Source: Lophium mytilinum (Eukaryota). Taken from it: DNA of 64,000 bases. The stretch lies in NCBI GenBank assembly GCA_010093605.1, contig MU004183.1, forward strand, positions 496,001-560,000, read 5' to 3'. The position numbers were made by a program, and so were the translations under genes. Shown here piece by piece: positions 33,888 through 46,524 of this stretch (its first letter is position 1; every line of letters starts with the position of its first letter). The notes beneath the pieces are model-generated. The model saw only the letters and a program-made list of their open reading frames with translations. It ran no database searches and was not told the origin of the DNA.

Positions 33888-36683
33888 GGAAAGCCGTCGT
33901 CTGAACATCACCGCACCCAACCAGGAGGGTAACGCCAACGCGCGAGAGCAAGCAAAGAGTTCAATGCCGTTTAGGAAGTGTTTCCAAATCTTCCTCCGAG
34001 GCACAGTCACACCTCTCGTTGACTCTTACTGATGAGGTCGTTCCGCGGGATCGCACAGTGTGGAGTTCTCGTCGCCGATGTTGGAGGTCGCCGACGTGAC
34101 AATTAAAAATAGTATCTGCGCATAAAACTTGCTAGACTTGAAGCACGAGGCTTGCGTGGGTTTATGGGAAATGACTTCATGAGGTTATTTCGACCCGCCA
34201 TCTGATTGCCGAAAGGGGTATGGGCATTTTCCTGGAACATGGAATTGAGGCTGTGTACAATGTATTATTAGCTTAGCATTAACGCTTACTACTGGGGCGC
34301 TAGCGAAACATGAAGTGACGAAGAGGGCGGAAATAGCAGTGCGAAGCAATAAAGGAAGTGTTGTGGAACCTTGGAGAGACGGCATGGTCTGAGGATGACG
34401 GCACGGTGGGAGAGGGCGGAAAGCGACAGCCTCACCGAAGCTCCTGTATACCATTCTGTCATATCGACAAGGACAGCACGTGCAGCCCCCAGACCCTGTC
34501 CCGCAGACCAGGGGCCCCTGGTACGACCTGTCAGGGACTTGAGCAACAGCCCGACGTCCAGTTCGCCGGGGCGTCCACCGCCTTGTAGGTGAGCCTTGCC
34601 CTACTGCACCTCACATCCAGCATCACCATCCTTCAACACCCTGCGCACGCACGGCAGGAAGGCCGTTGGCCAATCCTCCCGCCCGCCGTCGCCACCTCTT
34701 TCGATCCTCCCGCACCGCGGCGACTCTGTACGCACATGCAGCCGTCCAGCCCGCCCATTCCATTCGACGCCTGCCCCGATTCGAGGCTTGTCTTGCCGTC
34801 TCGGGCCTGTTTCAACGTCCTGCGGCGGTGTGAAGATGCCGCATGGTTTGGTCCGATGCCGATGCCGTTTCTGAGTGGTCGGCTCGGGCCTTGGAAGCAT
34901 GTTGCGACGCCGAGCATGGGATAGAGATGGTCGTGTGCTGTTTGTTTCAACCCAAGACGGCGGCACCGTAGATGCCACTCCGCGCGCCGGAGGATGCTTG
35001 CCCTCTCTCGACCTCGAGCGACCCGTGCTCCATCTACGAGCCTTGTCGGTATGTTCGGGTTTCGATCATCCCCGAAGACACTGGCGGTGGGTGCGGATGT
35101 CCGCATCTCCGCAATCTGTCTACCATGTCAAGTCCTTGGGTCAGGGCGGGTCGCCGGTTGGGCCTCGATGGGCGCGTTACAGGACGGGGTGTGCTGCACG
35201 ATGCCCGTTGTGTGTTACCTTCTTCTCAACCACCCCAGACTCCGACTCTCCCTTTCCCCATGAACGGCCCCTGCCACATCGTATGCTTCATGTGGTCGCG
35301 AAGCTTGCAACCGCCTCAACCTTCCACGCCACCACCTCTGGCCCCATGGAGACCAGCGCCATGCCTGCCTCGACCAGGACAGACCTGACACGCCTGTCAG
35401 CACTCTGTTTTGACTGCGGCGCAGCTCGTCCACCGCCCTGCTCTCCTTACGTTAGCACACTTCACCACACAGACCGCAAGCCTTGCCCGACACGGACGCA
35501 CACAACTGACAGGACTGCATTCGCGGGCGCCGAGTCATTAGCCCCAAGCGGGGTACTATTTGCTATTCGAGGCACTCTGTATACAAGATTCTAACACGCG
35601 TATTACCCGCGCGTCACGTCAAAAGCCGGTGTGCACGTCTGTCTGTTCCACACATTCTCCGAACAATAGTCGGCGACTCGGTGACCCGGCGACCTGGCGC
35701 AGCAGACCATTTTACTGGGATAACCCCGAATAGGTAGTTCTCTCTAGCTGCATACGCCCTCGGTCGGTGGCTTGTCTGCAGGTGCTGGGGATCGAGCCTC
35801 CGCAATAGGAAATGCTCATTACAGCAAGCAGAACAGCAGCGGTGGAAACTCCCGCCCCCCCTCATCAAAGATCAAACCACCATCTAGTCCTAGCACGTGC
35901 CAGACTACTGTAGCACCCTGCAATATCGCGCGATATTCAAGATTAGGTGTCTTGGCGTCTCCGCACGCACCTCTCCTAACGTCCGCACCCCTGAAGCGTG
36001 GACGCAGCTGTGGGAAACTGCATACCCGGCGCAGACCTCGGTATCGCCAATTACACAAGCTTACATATCGCGGAACAAGACCGACGACTTCAGCACCGAA
36101 TCGAGTCAGTAGTAGCTTTTTTTTGGAATCACGAAAGCAAAAAGAGGGGCATGTGAGGCTGTCGCCAGTGCCATGGAGCACAGCCTCGCTGTATCAATCA
36201 AACCCCAACACCAACACCAACCTAACCCAACTTTTAGCCTCGTAACGAACAGCGTCTATGCTCCCCACGACCCATATATTTTCAACTATCAAGAGCTATT
36301 CCAACCATTTTCGTTTCTCCACGGACCCCCAACGACTCGCGATAGAATGAATGTCTCATCAATTCCGCGCCCGTCGTGAAACCCATCCCCAAATGGCGTA
36401 CGTACACTAGCGCCCATAGTATCCACCGCATCACACCCTCAGAATCCACGTAATTGTATACACGACGCGGTTAGATCAGCAACAAGGAAGCCAATCAAGC
36501 ATCATTCACGATGCACGCAACTCGACACGAGCAATCGCCGCTACAATGGGGGGATAGGCCCCCCACCAAGTGCCGAGTGATTTTTGGATCCTACCGCCCA
36601 AATTCGCCGACATCATAATGATCTGATAAATGTAGCCAGTGGCCTCGTATTCGCCAAGCACACGCTAGAACACCCGCGCGTAT

Positions 36684-36860
36684 TACAGCCCGTTCGCACG
36701 TCCGGTTTTTAGCGTGCAGGTGGCTGCAAGGGTAAATTACAGTACTGGAAGCTGATGAAAGAGATTCCATTGGCCAGAATAGCCTTGGCAGGGTTATGAA
36801 GCCTTTTGTTACGCAGCATTTATGAGATGCACTAACCACCGGACGTGCGAACGGGCTGTA
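36684..36860. repeat. Perfect 23-bp inverted repeat with 131-bp spacer
   Basis: TACAGCCCGTTCGCACGTCCGGT (36684-36706) and its exact reverse complement ACCGGACGTGCGAACGGGCTGTA (36838-36860). Confidence 0.92.
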
Positions 36861-38508
36861 CGCATTCGCGGGCTTGGGGCTGCCGGTTTACGGCCGAAAG
36901 CCGTTGGCGCTCGTACATACTTTGTACATAGATGCCTAGTTAGAGGGGGGTTTCGGTGGCTGGCTGTATAGCGAAAACCCAGCCACCACCAAACGTGGGG
37001 GAGATTTGGAGGGCAGGGTAGGGGAGGATGTTAGGCGCGCTGTTCTATGGAGCGTTTGTCGGAGACAAGTTGGTTCCTGGAATCAAACATTCTCCGCACG
37101 TAACACATACTAACTAACCAGTCTAATTCAATGATAACTGCATTATAACATTCGACCTTTTCAGCCTTTCCACGAACAGGCTAGGTAGTAGAGTATTTAT
37201 ATATAATCATAGTTCATATTTCATGCGTTATACACGCGAGTGAGAAAACAGTACAGTAGTTGACATCCGAAAAAAAGCCCGCGCCCTAATGCTCTATTTC
37301 CAAAAAACCAAAAAAGGGTATTGCGCAGTGGGTGATAAAAGTAAGCCCTTCACTCTTCTCGCCACCCACAATGTATGTAGGTAAGCCCAGGCTCAGCCTC
37401 GCCCAGCCGGCACACCCAAAAAAGTAGCAGAAATGAGCAGCAGCCCATGTCACCCACAGCCGCCCAGGGGGTGGGGTTAAACGAGCAAGCGAGCCAGCGT
37501 ATAGCATAGCCCAACCGCTACCCGCCCTCTTACCAGCCCCCTAGCTGCGGTAGTGGATGTTCAAGTCTTGTCCAGCCCGGTACGGTGAGTCCTGCGGCCT
37601 GGGGTCGCGATCGATCATGCAGATTGCAATGTGGCCGATCCTTCGTTGCTGAGATAAGATCGGAGAAAAGAGGAGATGTGTTGTGTTTGTGTGGCCAGGA
37701 AAGAAAAAGGCGGTGTTGGCTGTGCTACATGGCCTGACGGGGGGCGCACAGCCTCGCGCAGCGGACGACGATCCCCGGTGCAGATCTTGCGCTAGGGCAA
37801 CAATCGCTGAGAAGTGTTTCCGAGGGGAAAAAAGAATATAGCCGAAGGAAACGAAATGAAGGAAAATAGGAACTCCGGCAAAGGGGGAATAGTCCGAAAG
37901 GAATAGAATGAAACGAGAGGGTATGGGTGATGGGTAATTGGTATGCAAAATCGCTCGAAACGCCGGCCCAGATGCTTTGTGAAGATGGCAATAACGAGAG
38001 AGCAATAAAAGAAGTTCTAAAGCGCGATCAACCGCACAGTGCGAAGAAAAGGACTTGAAACGCTCAATAATAATGGGGGTTTCTCCCTTTGAACAGAGTG
38101 AAGAGCAAGCGAATGACGAACAAGCGAACGGGTCAAGGCGTCTTCGGAGAAACATAATGTCTGTGAAGTTGTTTTGGTATGTGACAGCCCCCAGGGCCTT
38201 TGAACTCGTTTACGCCGGGTATATGGTAAAACGGTATGGCGATAGGGATCTGAGCCTCGGAGGAGTCGGATGCTAGGCAATGTTGACGGGTCTAAACCAC
38301 GTTGCTTCGCTGCGATCCGGCCCGAGCCAGACACTTCTGTCGCGCCCCCACCGCCGACTGAGACCCCGGTGCGAAACATGCTACGTATTTGCCATACGCT
38401 GGAATGTGCACACGGCGATGCTCAAGATGGCCCGTGCGTTCGCCGGTTTCGTGGTGAATTGTGGGAGGCACGGACGATGAGGACACGACATCGGCGCAGC
38501 CTTACAGC

Positions 38509-40005
38509 TTACTGGCTTGCGTCGGACGGCCGTCGAGACTTGCACTTCTCGTGGGCCATGTGTCCGTTCCGCGCCGTTGTGCGCGTGAATTCAGCGCCGC
38601 AACGAGGGCAGTAGCTCTTCGCCGCGGTTCCAGACTTCTCGCGCTGGTGCCTTAAAAGGTTGCTAAAGGTCGAAAATTGGCGTCCGTTACATCCGTGCTC
38701 CCAGCACTGCGGCTTGGGCCGTTGGTTGAGTACACGTACGTTACGCTGCTCCGGCGAGGAGGAAAGGCCGCCAGCTGCGGGGTTGGGCTGCGCCATGTGG
38801 TCGTAGGAGTAGGCGGGCGTTGCTGAGGGCGGGTACATCGTTGTAGGCAGAGATCCATAGCCCATATCGTAGCTAGTCGGAGGGTATGCGCCAGCTCTGT
38901 TGCTTACTGTAAGCAAGGCTCTTCGCCGCCTGTAGATCTTGCAACTTACGGTGGATAGCTAGACCCGTGGTTTCCTAACGAGCCTATCGGTTGGTTTGGT
39001 AGGGTGGGCTGCATTGCAGGATAAGCGTATGGATGTTGTGGAGGGGTGCCAATGATCGCGGATGAGTCGTTTGACCCTTGGGGATAAGACATTGGTGTTG
39101 GACTGCCACGCATAGGTCCTAGTGGCTGCTGGTAGGGGCTGCGAGGTATTGAAGTTGGCTGATATGGTGGCATCCCTGCCTCTGACCGGCCTGACTGGCT
39201 CCGTAATGGTGGACTCGAAACATATGCTGGAGCGTATGTTGCCGATGACTGTGACTGCTGTCCCATTTGGTAGCCTGCGAGCATCATTAACGTGGCTCTG
39301 GGCTCAGTCCCGCGGAAGTCCTTACTGTGAGAGTCCAGCGGGGTGGAAGAACCGTACTGATCCATAGAACCGTACTGCGAAGGAACCATGAAGTCAATAG
39401 CACTGAGTTCAGTCAGTTGAGGGATCTGCTGCACCTCATGCCTCCGGAAATTACCTCATATTCTGTAATTCCACTTGCTGGTTGGATTGAAGGCCGGGGT
39501 CTCCTGCAAGGCGCAGATCGAACTCGCCGGAAGTGGGGTGCTCTGAGAACTGGGAAAGGTGGAGCGAAGGGACGTTTGGCGTTGGTGATGCCTGGAGATG
39601 GTACTGGGGGATCTCGGTGTTGAAGGAAGATAGGGTTTCCGCACGAAGCTGTTCAGAGCTGTACGGGTCTACGGGCTGGGAAAGCAGCGAATTTGAATGA
39701 GACTCAGAGTGGGGCTCATAAGCCGTCGAGCCCGAGGTTCGGACACGTTGAAAGGAGTGCGGGAGCTCTGGAGGATCCCAAAGAGTCTCGTGATGGGGCT
39801 CTGGTTGCGAAGTGACAGATATGGCGGATAGCTGTCCAGCGGGGGGATTCCTGGAGGATGCTGCTGCTGTTGCGGCGCGGCGGGAGCGCAAGTTGCGGAT
39901 CTGAGGGAGCTCGGGCAGCTGTATGGAGAGGTGCTGGCCAGCTCTGGATCTAAGTCTGCGTGAGATGGTGGTCGACTTATTTGATTTGGGTGACCGTGGG
40001 GTCAT
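38509..40005 (-). CDS. Fungal C2H2 zinc-finger transcription factor; exons ~40005-39455, 39402-39326, 39274-38950, 38896-38509 (start uncertain)
   Basis: C-terminal PQCWEHGCNGRQFSTFSNLLRHQREKSG..CPRCGAEFTRTTARNGHMAH; P/Q/S/Y-rich region upstream; three GT-AG introns of 51-53 nt preserve frame. Confidence 0.82.
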
Positions 40006-43000
40006 GGCTTGGTGTGAGGGAACATGTGAAGTAAAAGGCACAAGCCGGGACGGTCTTACACTCGGGCAGGTTGCTGGATCGGGACGTATTATGTGCCTTT
40101 TTAAAACTAGACGGGCTGGCGGAGGGGAGGGCTTAAGGTAGACTGGGTAGCACTGGTTGGCTGGTGGAGAGCCTGCGCCTCGCTGGGGGACATAGGAACA
40201 TATAGATAGACCATCTGAGCATCACGCTGGCGATTGGACTGAGCTCTAGCACCAAGACTAGCAGCATTTCTCCCGGGAGTGCGGCTGGTCAGTGGGTCGG
40301 TGCCTGAAGGATTCACTTCCTGGCCCCGACCTTGCGCATTCTGAGGAGAGGGTGCGGGCCTCCTCCCGACCGTTTTTTTTAGGTCGTGCACCAGTCAGTG
40401 AGTGGCATGTTCCCTGGAACTGGAGCACAGGGTTTGCTGCCGCAGATAGCAGCCCTCGAGACGGTCGGGGCGGTCGAGGCGTGCCTCGATGGCTGCCGTG
40501 CTCACGCCGCTGAGGCGTCGCTCACTGATCGATCGCGGCAAGCCACCTCATTCTCGGCATGGCTAGCTACTTTGTCGCTGCCAGGGTCGCGGAGTATTGC
40601 TGGACCTAGTAGTGTGCTGGTGAGGGCATGGCGGGCATGGCGGGCCTGGCATCATGCGCGTGCTGCCTCCCGCGTCCGCAACGGGAGGCTCTGTACGGAG
40701 TAGGCTTTGGTGTTGGTGGCTGCAGACCCCCCCGAGACCAGCACCCCACAGCCTGGCTGCAACTGGCAAACCGCGCCCTACCAGGCGGGTTCGGTGGTTT
40801 CAACTCGCTCCGTCGGGCAAAGGCTGCTTCTGCGAAAATAGGTGAGGCCTTGAGCCTCGCGCTGCGCCACCAGTGCTCGGCGATCATCGTTTGACGCACC
40901 AAACTGTTGCTCACCGCGGCGAGCCTCACCCGTCGCACCGTGTGCTATTTTCGACCAGCCTTACCGACAACGCGCCCGCTCTGGCTGCTGCCCCGGCCAC
41001 CGCAACTCGACGCGATACAAGCAGATCTGGCGGGCGGGACGACGGTGTAGATCTGTTACTCTCCCTGCGTCGCGGGTCGCGTTGCCATCATCGACGAAGC
41101 TTGGTGCATGTCTCACGGCGGGCCGCCAGCACTTGCATGTCTCCGGGCTGTAGAGGCCAGAGGGCCAGAGAAATGCCGCCGCTGGGCCTGCCACCCCCAT
41201 CCCCGTCCTCGTGGCGCTGGGGATAGCAAGAGTACTTGGTCCTGTCGAATCCAGGTCGGCGGGTGCCGCGCTCAACCACCTAGCACCCAGCACTGCCCAG
41301 CAAACCACTCCCACTTCCCGTGCGCTGCAGCGCAATCAAATGGGGAGCCCAATACAGACTGTCTTCGCGGTTTCGAACAAGGTGGCAGCAGCGATTGGTA
41401 TCCAGCCTCACGTCTCCGTTCGCCGGAAGTCTATCAAGCTCCCGTGCTGGGAAATTTGCTAGGGACCATGTCGCTGGGTCACGACTACAAGCCGCCGCTT
41501 GTTATCATCAAGATGAAGCCAGGGGCTGTTGAATCCTTCTGCGCAGTCGGGATGTCGAGCATGGACACGCAATCTCGTGAGGGTTAGAATGAGGCGAAGT
41601 AGAACGGCACAGAAGGGCGGCTCCCGATGCGGCGTGGTGGTTGCAGATGAACCGCCAAGAGGCCAGCAGCTGCGCGACTAACAGACGTCGAGAGCCAGTG
41701 CTTCAAGCCTGGGATGTGGGGAGTTGGGTTGGCATGCATGAGACTACGCTCTGCATCGGTAGTGCTGGACACTATACCTGTTACGTTGAGGCCTATGTAT
41801 GTACTGTAAGAACTAGAGGGTTGTGGCTCTTCAATTGACGAGAACGCCTTCTGATGAAAGGTCTTTAAGAAACGTGTGCTACCAGCACCCACTACACTCT
41901 GAGGATTTTAGAAGGTAATGCAGCTATCAGAAATCATCTGATTGGAAACGCTACCCTGTGAATTTGTGAATGGGTCATGCAGCCAAGCGTATAGCGTATA
42001 GCGAATAGACTCCACAGCGCCGGAAGAAGTCAGTGCCTCATGCGAGGACGCGCGGGAGAAGCTTCGAATGCTTCGATGCCAAGACGTCGCTGAAGGGCCC
42101 GAGTCAGGCCGCCCGAGTTGCAGAAAGCAGCCAGCCGGGAAGTCCGTGGCAGGACCACAAGTCATTTTCCGGATGGTTGAAAGCGAAAGCGGTGGTAGCG
42201 TATCCAGTTGAGGCTGCTATCCACGTGCAATTTGGGCAGCTCGCAGCAAAGCGCCTGGGTGTCCTGTTGGTTAGCTGTACAGTGACGATGGCGTGCCTGC
42301 GTAGGTGTCGTTCAATTGCCAGGCTTGGCCATGTTTGGCTGTAGGGTGATGCGCCTTTGACGTGAAGGTAACCCTGCGATGCAGGGTGAGCTGCAGGCCG
42401 CGTGGGAGAGCTTAGGTAGAGCGAGGGACTCATGCAAGCCTAAGTAAGTGGCACTCTTGGCTTGAACATACCACTGTAGGCGGATGCTAATATTTGGGCT
42501 GCTTCAATGAACTATCTGAAATATGAACTTGATGGAGCGCCTTGAGCTGGTCGCGAACTCGTTGAAGCACCGAAAGCAGTGGCAGATAAATGTCCACATG
42601 GGGCAGCGTGATTGATGCGAGTGCCACTCTTCTCACGCCTAGATAGCGTGGCACTGTACCTATTCACTCTCTAGGCCGCCAAGTCGGCCTCCGGACCGAC
42701 GCCGATGGACTGCAAGCGTACCGTTACTGCTGATGCGCACCATTAAACCTGGAATTAGGAAACCGCCATAGCTTCTTCAGCGACCAAAGCTGGGGACGGC
42801 ACAGGACGCCTTAGATCATGGTGTGGAACTTGCAGTCCTGCGCTGATTCGCGCGCATTGTAAATACCTATGCAGGATGCGACGCGATCCACTGCCCAACT
42901 TCAACGTGTGCAGCAACAGATGCTGACTAATGTGTTCGACAACCGGATCGATTAGATCTCTATCTTGAATCCACAAAAAGGCTTGAGTGCCGATCATTTG

Positions 43001-44061
43001 GAATGGTGCCTCACTACTTGAATCAGTAGAGCAGTACATGGACTGCAAGACGGCACTCCCCGTCTCGCAAAACACCCCTTCAGTGCGTATAGCGCCTACA
43101 GCGCGCCGCCGCTAGATGAACGTGTTGCATGTTTCCACGGGATGCCGTGTGCTGCTCTCGGCCCACCCGAACGCCTGCTCTGCACGGCTTGCCTATCAGA
43201 TGGAACAGCTAGTCAGGACGGCGAGATCGCCACACGCTGTCCCGTCAAGCATTCCGTGCGGCTGCAACTGTCACGCGATTCTGCACCGGCCGGCTCCTGT
43301 AACTTGCTGCTCGCGGGTCCATCCTGGATGCCACACCCGCACACCTGGCTCCTGGCGTGGAGAGCTTGCCGTGCGTGCGGTCTGCCCACTCCGACCGTCG
43401 GCCTCCTCGGACTTACGCTATGGCCCCCTGAAATGCACGCCCGCACGCCCACCACGTCCCCCGCACTATGAAAGTCTCTTGGAATCTCCAGCGTCGGCGA
43501 GCCCGACACGGAAGAGGCATCTTCTCCGACAGATGCCCGCTGCAGCTTCACGGCACGGCAACCCCGCAAACTCTGCGGAAAGGATAAGCTAAGGGATATG
43601 CTTCCAGGCTCTAAATCGAAACGGGCAGACCATCCAGCCATGAGGTCTTTGTTGAAAAAGACTCAGACTTCGCTCTAGGCCAGGGCCAGCAGTCCCATGC
43701 CACTCCGACACTCCATCGCTGCCCAGGTACTGTCATTCCGTCCGTCTCAGCAGCGCCTGACACCGAGTCTGCCTTGCGGACTCCGATGTCTATCCCTGTG
43801 ATACATCACGCCTTCGCCACCCAACCCCATGCCTGCAGGACCAAGGTCGTCTTCCAGGTGCTCCATGTCTGTCATTCTCCCGCTACGTCCCCTGAAGAAG
43901 TAGGGGGCTGTAGAGTCGGTGCTCGTGAACCTAGCCCAGCCCAACATCTTGAAAAATCTCCTCTGAAGGAACCGCGTCGATCTCGCACCAGAGCCCTCAC
44001 GTCCTTCTCATCCTTCTCTCCACCTCCCATCAATCGTTTGTTTCAGGTTGATGCTTTGTAT

Positions 44062-46229
44062 TCATTGCGGAATTGCCCTTAATGCCCGCTCGAAAGTGTC
44101 TACCAACTCTTTGGCATCCTCAAGACCAACGCTGAACCTGACTAGGTCTGTTTCGACACCAAAAGACGCAGCCTAGTAGTTTCAGTTTCATTCATGCGAT
44201 GGCCTTGCAGAAGTGGGGTGCTTACCCAATCCAGTTCCGAATAGTGGGCAAGAATAACATAGGGAGAGCTACAGCCACATGTTAGCGCACGGGAAGATCC
44301 AAGAGCGGAGAGACATCGAATGTCAGCTAACCTTAATGTAAAATTTGTCCCAAGACTCGGGCCCTTGGCCGTGTCCAGGTGGTCAAAGAATGCCACGGCA
44401 TCTGCCGTCGAATAGAAGGTAGCGGATAGCAGGCCGCCATAGCCCCCGTTAGGATTACGACACTGATCGTAAAACGGCCGCGTGGGGCTGTACTTAGGAT
44501 AGTTGACTTGCTTCACTGTGCACCTTATCAGCCCTGAAGAAGAAAAAAGCAAAATGCCTGGGATCTTGCATAATCATACCACGTGGATGAGCTCGTAAGA
44601 CGTCGCAGATAGCTTCCGCATTGGTGTTTATGCGTTCGATGCGTGGGACGAAATCGCGACTATTCCTTTCAAGGAAGACACTGTCCTCAGCCCAGTGGTT
44701 GTCCTCATACTCTGCCTCCCAGGTCTTCTTCAAAACTTGGAATTGGCGCCCTTTGGGATTCAAGATGGCGCTGCTTGAGTCAGTGACTAGTCCTCAATTC
44801 GTACAGGGTACGGCACGCTGTCTTACCTCCCGCCCATGACATTGCTGTCGCCACTGAAAACTTTAGTTAGGCTGCTCACCACGACATCCGAATAAGGCAG
44901 GACATTAACATTGAGGAAATTGCCAACTGTCTCGTCGATGACCACCGCGAAATCGTACGTGTCGGCTAGGGTGCGAATACGCTGGAGATCGGGGGACTTC
45001 AGCAGGGGGTTACCGGGGAACTCGGTGAAGAGCGCCAGATACTTTTCACCGCCCTCAAGCCTCTTTTCCAGATCGTCGAGATCTTCGGCGGATCCGAACC
45101 CATAGAATAAACATCCAGGGCCAAACTTCTGTACGATCTTCAGGGTATCGACATAAGGGAATCTGTCTGCAGTTAGTGCTTGTCTCCTGAAGGAGTAGCC
45201 TCAGCCTACCCAAATATGATGCTCTTCAGCTCGCCTCTCGCAGCTAGCAAAGTCCGGTGGCTATTGAATATGGAGCTCATTCCGGTAGGGTACAGGTAGA
45301 CGTCGTCCTCTGAAAACCCTGCAACTTTCCTCGTCCTCTCTTCATCTCTCTCCAAAGTCAAAGCTTCTGTCAGACCTACATCGGCCGTCAACGAGCCTGC
45401 AATGCGACGCCGGATTGCTAGCTTAGCATTGGCAGCTAAGGAGAGATCCAGGTTCCTTCCAAAGCGCTCCTCGACGAAGCGCGTAGGGTCCTGTACTTCG
45501 TCTCCAGTTCCTTTTGTTGCGGAGTCAACACCGTTGGAATGGCCGGTGATGTCTACAGATGTCTTCTTCTGGTACCTTTTTGGCCCTTTGCACATCCGCG
45601 GCTCCTCTTGCTTGCGACGGTCGACTAGTAGGCCTTTTGAAAACAGATTGAAGCAATAGTCTGCTCGGCGACTTGAGATTCCGTCGCCTGAATGCTGCCA
45701 GTATGCCTTTGCGACACTGAAGTTCTCTTGCGGAAAGATCACCACAGAAATACTCGGGGACACTTCCTCGGCGGTCCCGGAGCTAGCTGCTGGGGTAACA
45801 GGCACAAGATCGACAACTCTGACACTCTGGGGACCAAGCTGCGGAGCTTGACGATTGAAGAAGGCAAGACAGCGTGATGCTACGGCATTTGAGGGGAAGA
45901 GGAAGGCCCCTTCACTGGGATGACCATATTTCTGAACTATTGCAGCGGCTAGCTTTTGAATAGACTTGTGGATGAAGAACCTTCTTCTCTTAGCAATAGA
46001 TATACCTGTTAGACGATCTTCGTGTCCTACCTAGGATAGCCGGTCTTCATTTTGCTGATGACCCATTCCTCACCCTCTTCATATGCCACATTTGACTTCC
46101 ATGTGGGTAGTGACACACTCACAGCCTACAACGTCTCAGCATGTACAATGACAATATACGGAAGTGACTCACGTGCGCAGTCATAGCGGGAATGCTCTCG
46201 CCAACGTCGTTCGCGGGGTCTGCCGCCAT
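44062..46229 (-). CDS. metB: Cystathionine gamma-synthase (Str2/MetB-like PLP enzyme), multi-exon
   Basis: Spliced reading [87 protein letters not shown] (PLP lysine), [21 protein letters not shown]. Confidence 0.93.
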
Positions 46230-46524
46230 TGAGACCGTCATGGTGGAGCAAGTGAAGAGCGGATGGCCTAGACGCGTGAAACGTACGACAATTATGAAGT
46301 AGGAGTGTGGTAGACCCGCCTGCCAGTAAAGTTCCGCATATTAAGCGTCGAAATGCCGTTCGGAGGGTCGTTTGCCCCACACTCCGAGTTCGGATGTCAA
46401 AATTTAAAGTTGTCGGCGGCATTATTCAGCCACGCCGATGCGCCACATCCGCACCGCCACGTTAACTTTTTTTCCGCGCATCGAAAGTTCGGGTGCGACG
46501 CCCAACCATTACTCGACATCCACC
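46230..46524. promoter_or_regulatory. Compact divergent promoter with PAC-like and RRPE-like elements
   Basis: 295 bp between head-to-head ATGs; CGATGCGC at 46436-46443 and its inverse at 46476-46483; A/T tracts AAAATTT (46399-46405) and AACTTTTTTT (46464-46473). Confidence 0.5.

Noticed and set aside
34185..36400. Many overlapping short ORFs
   Set aside because: GC-rich intergenic sequence with no codon bias or motifs; the same applies to 40300-43900 and 54900-56900.
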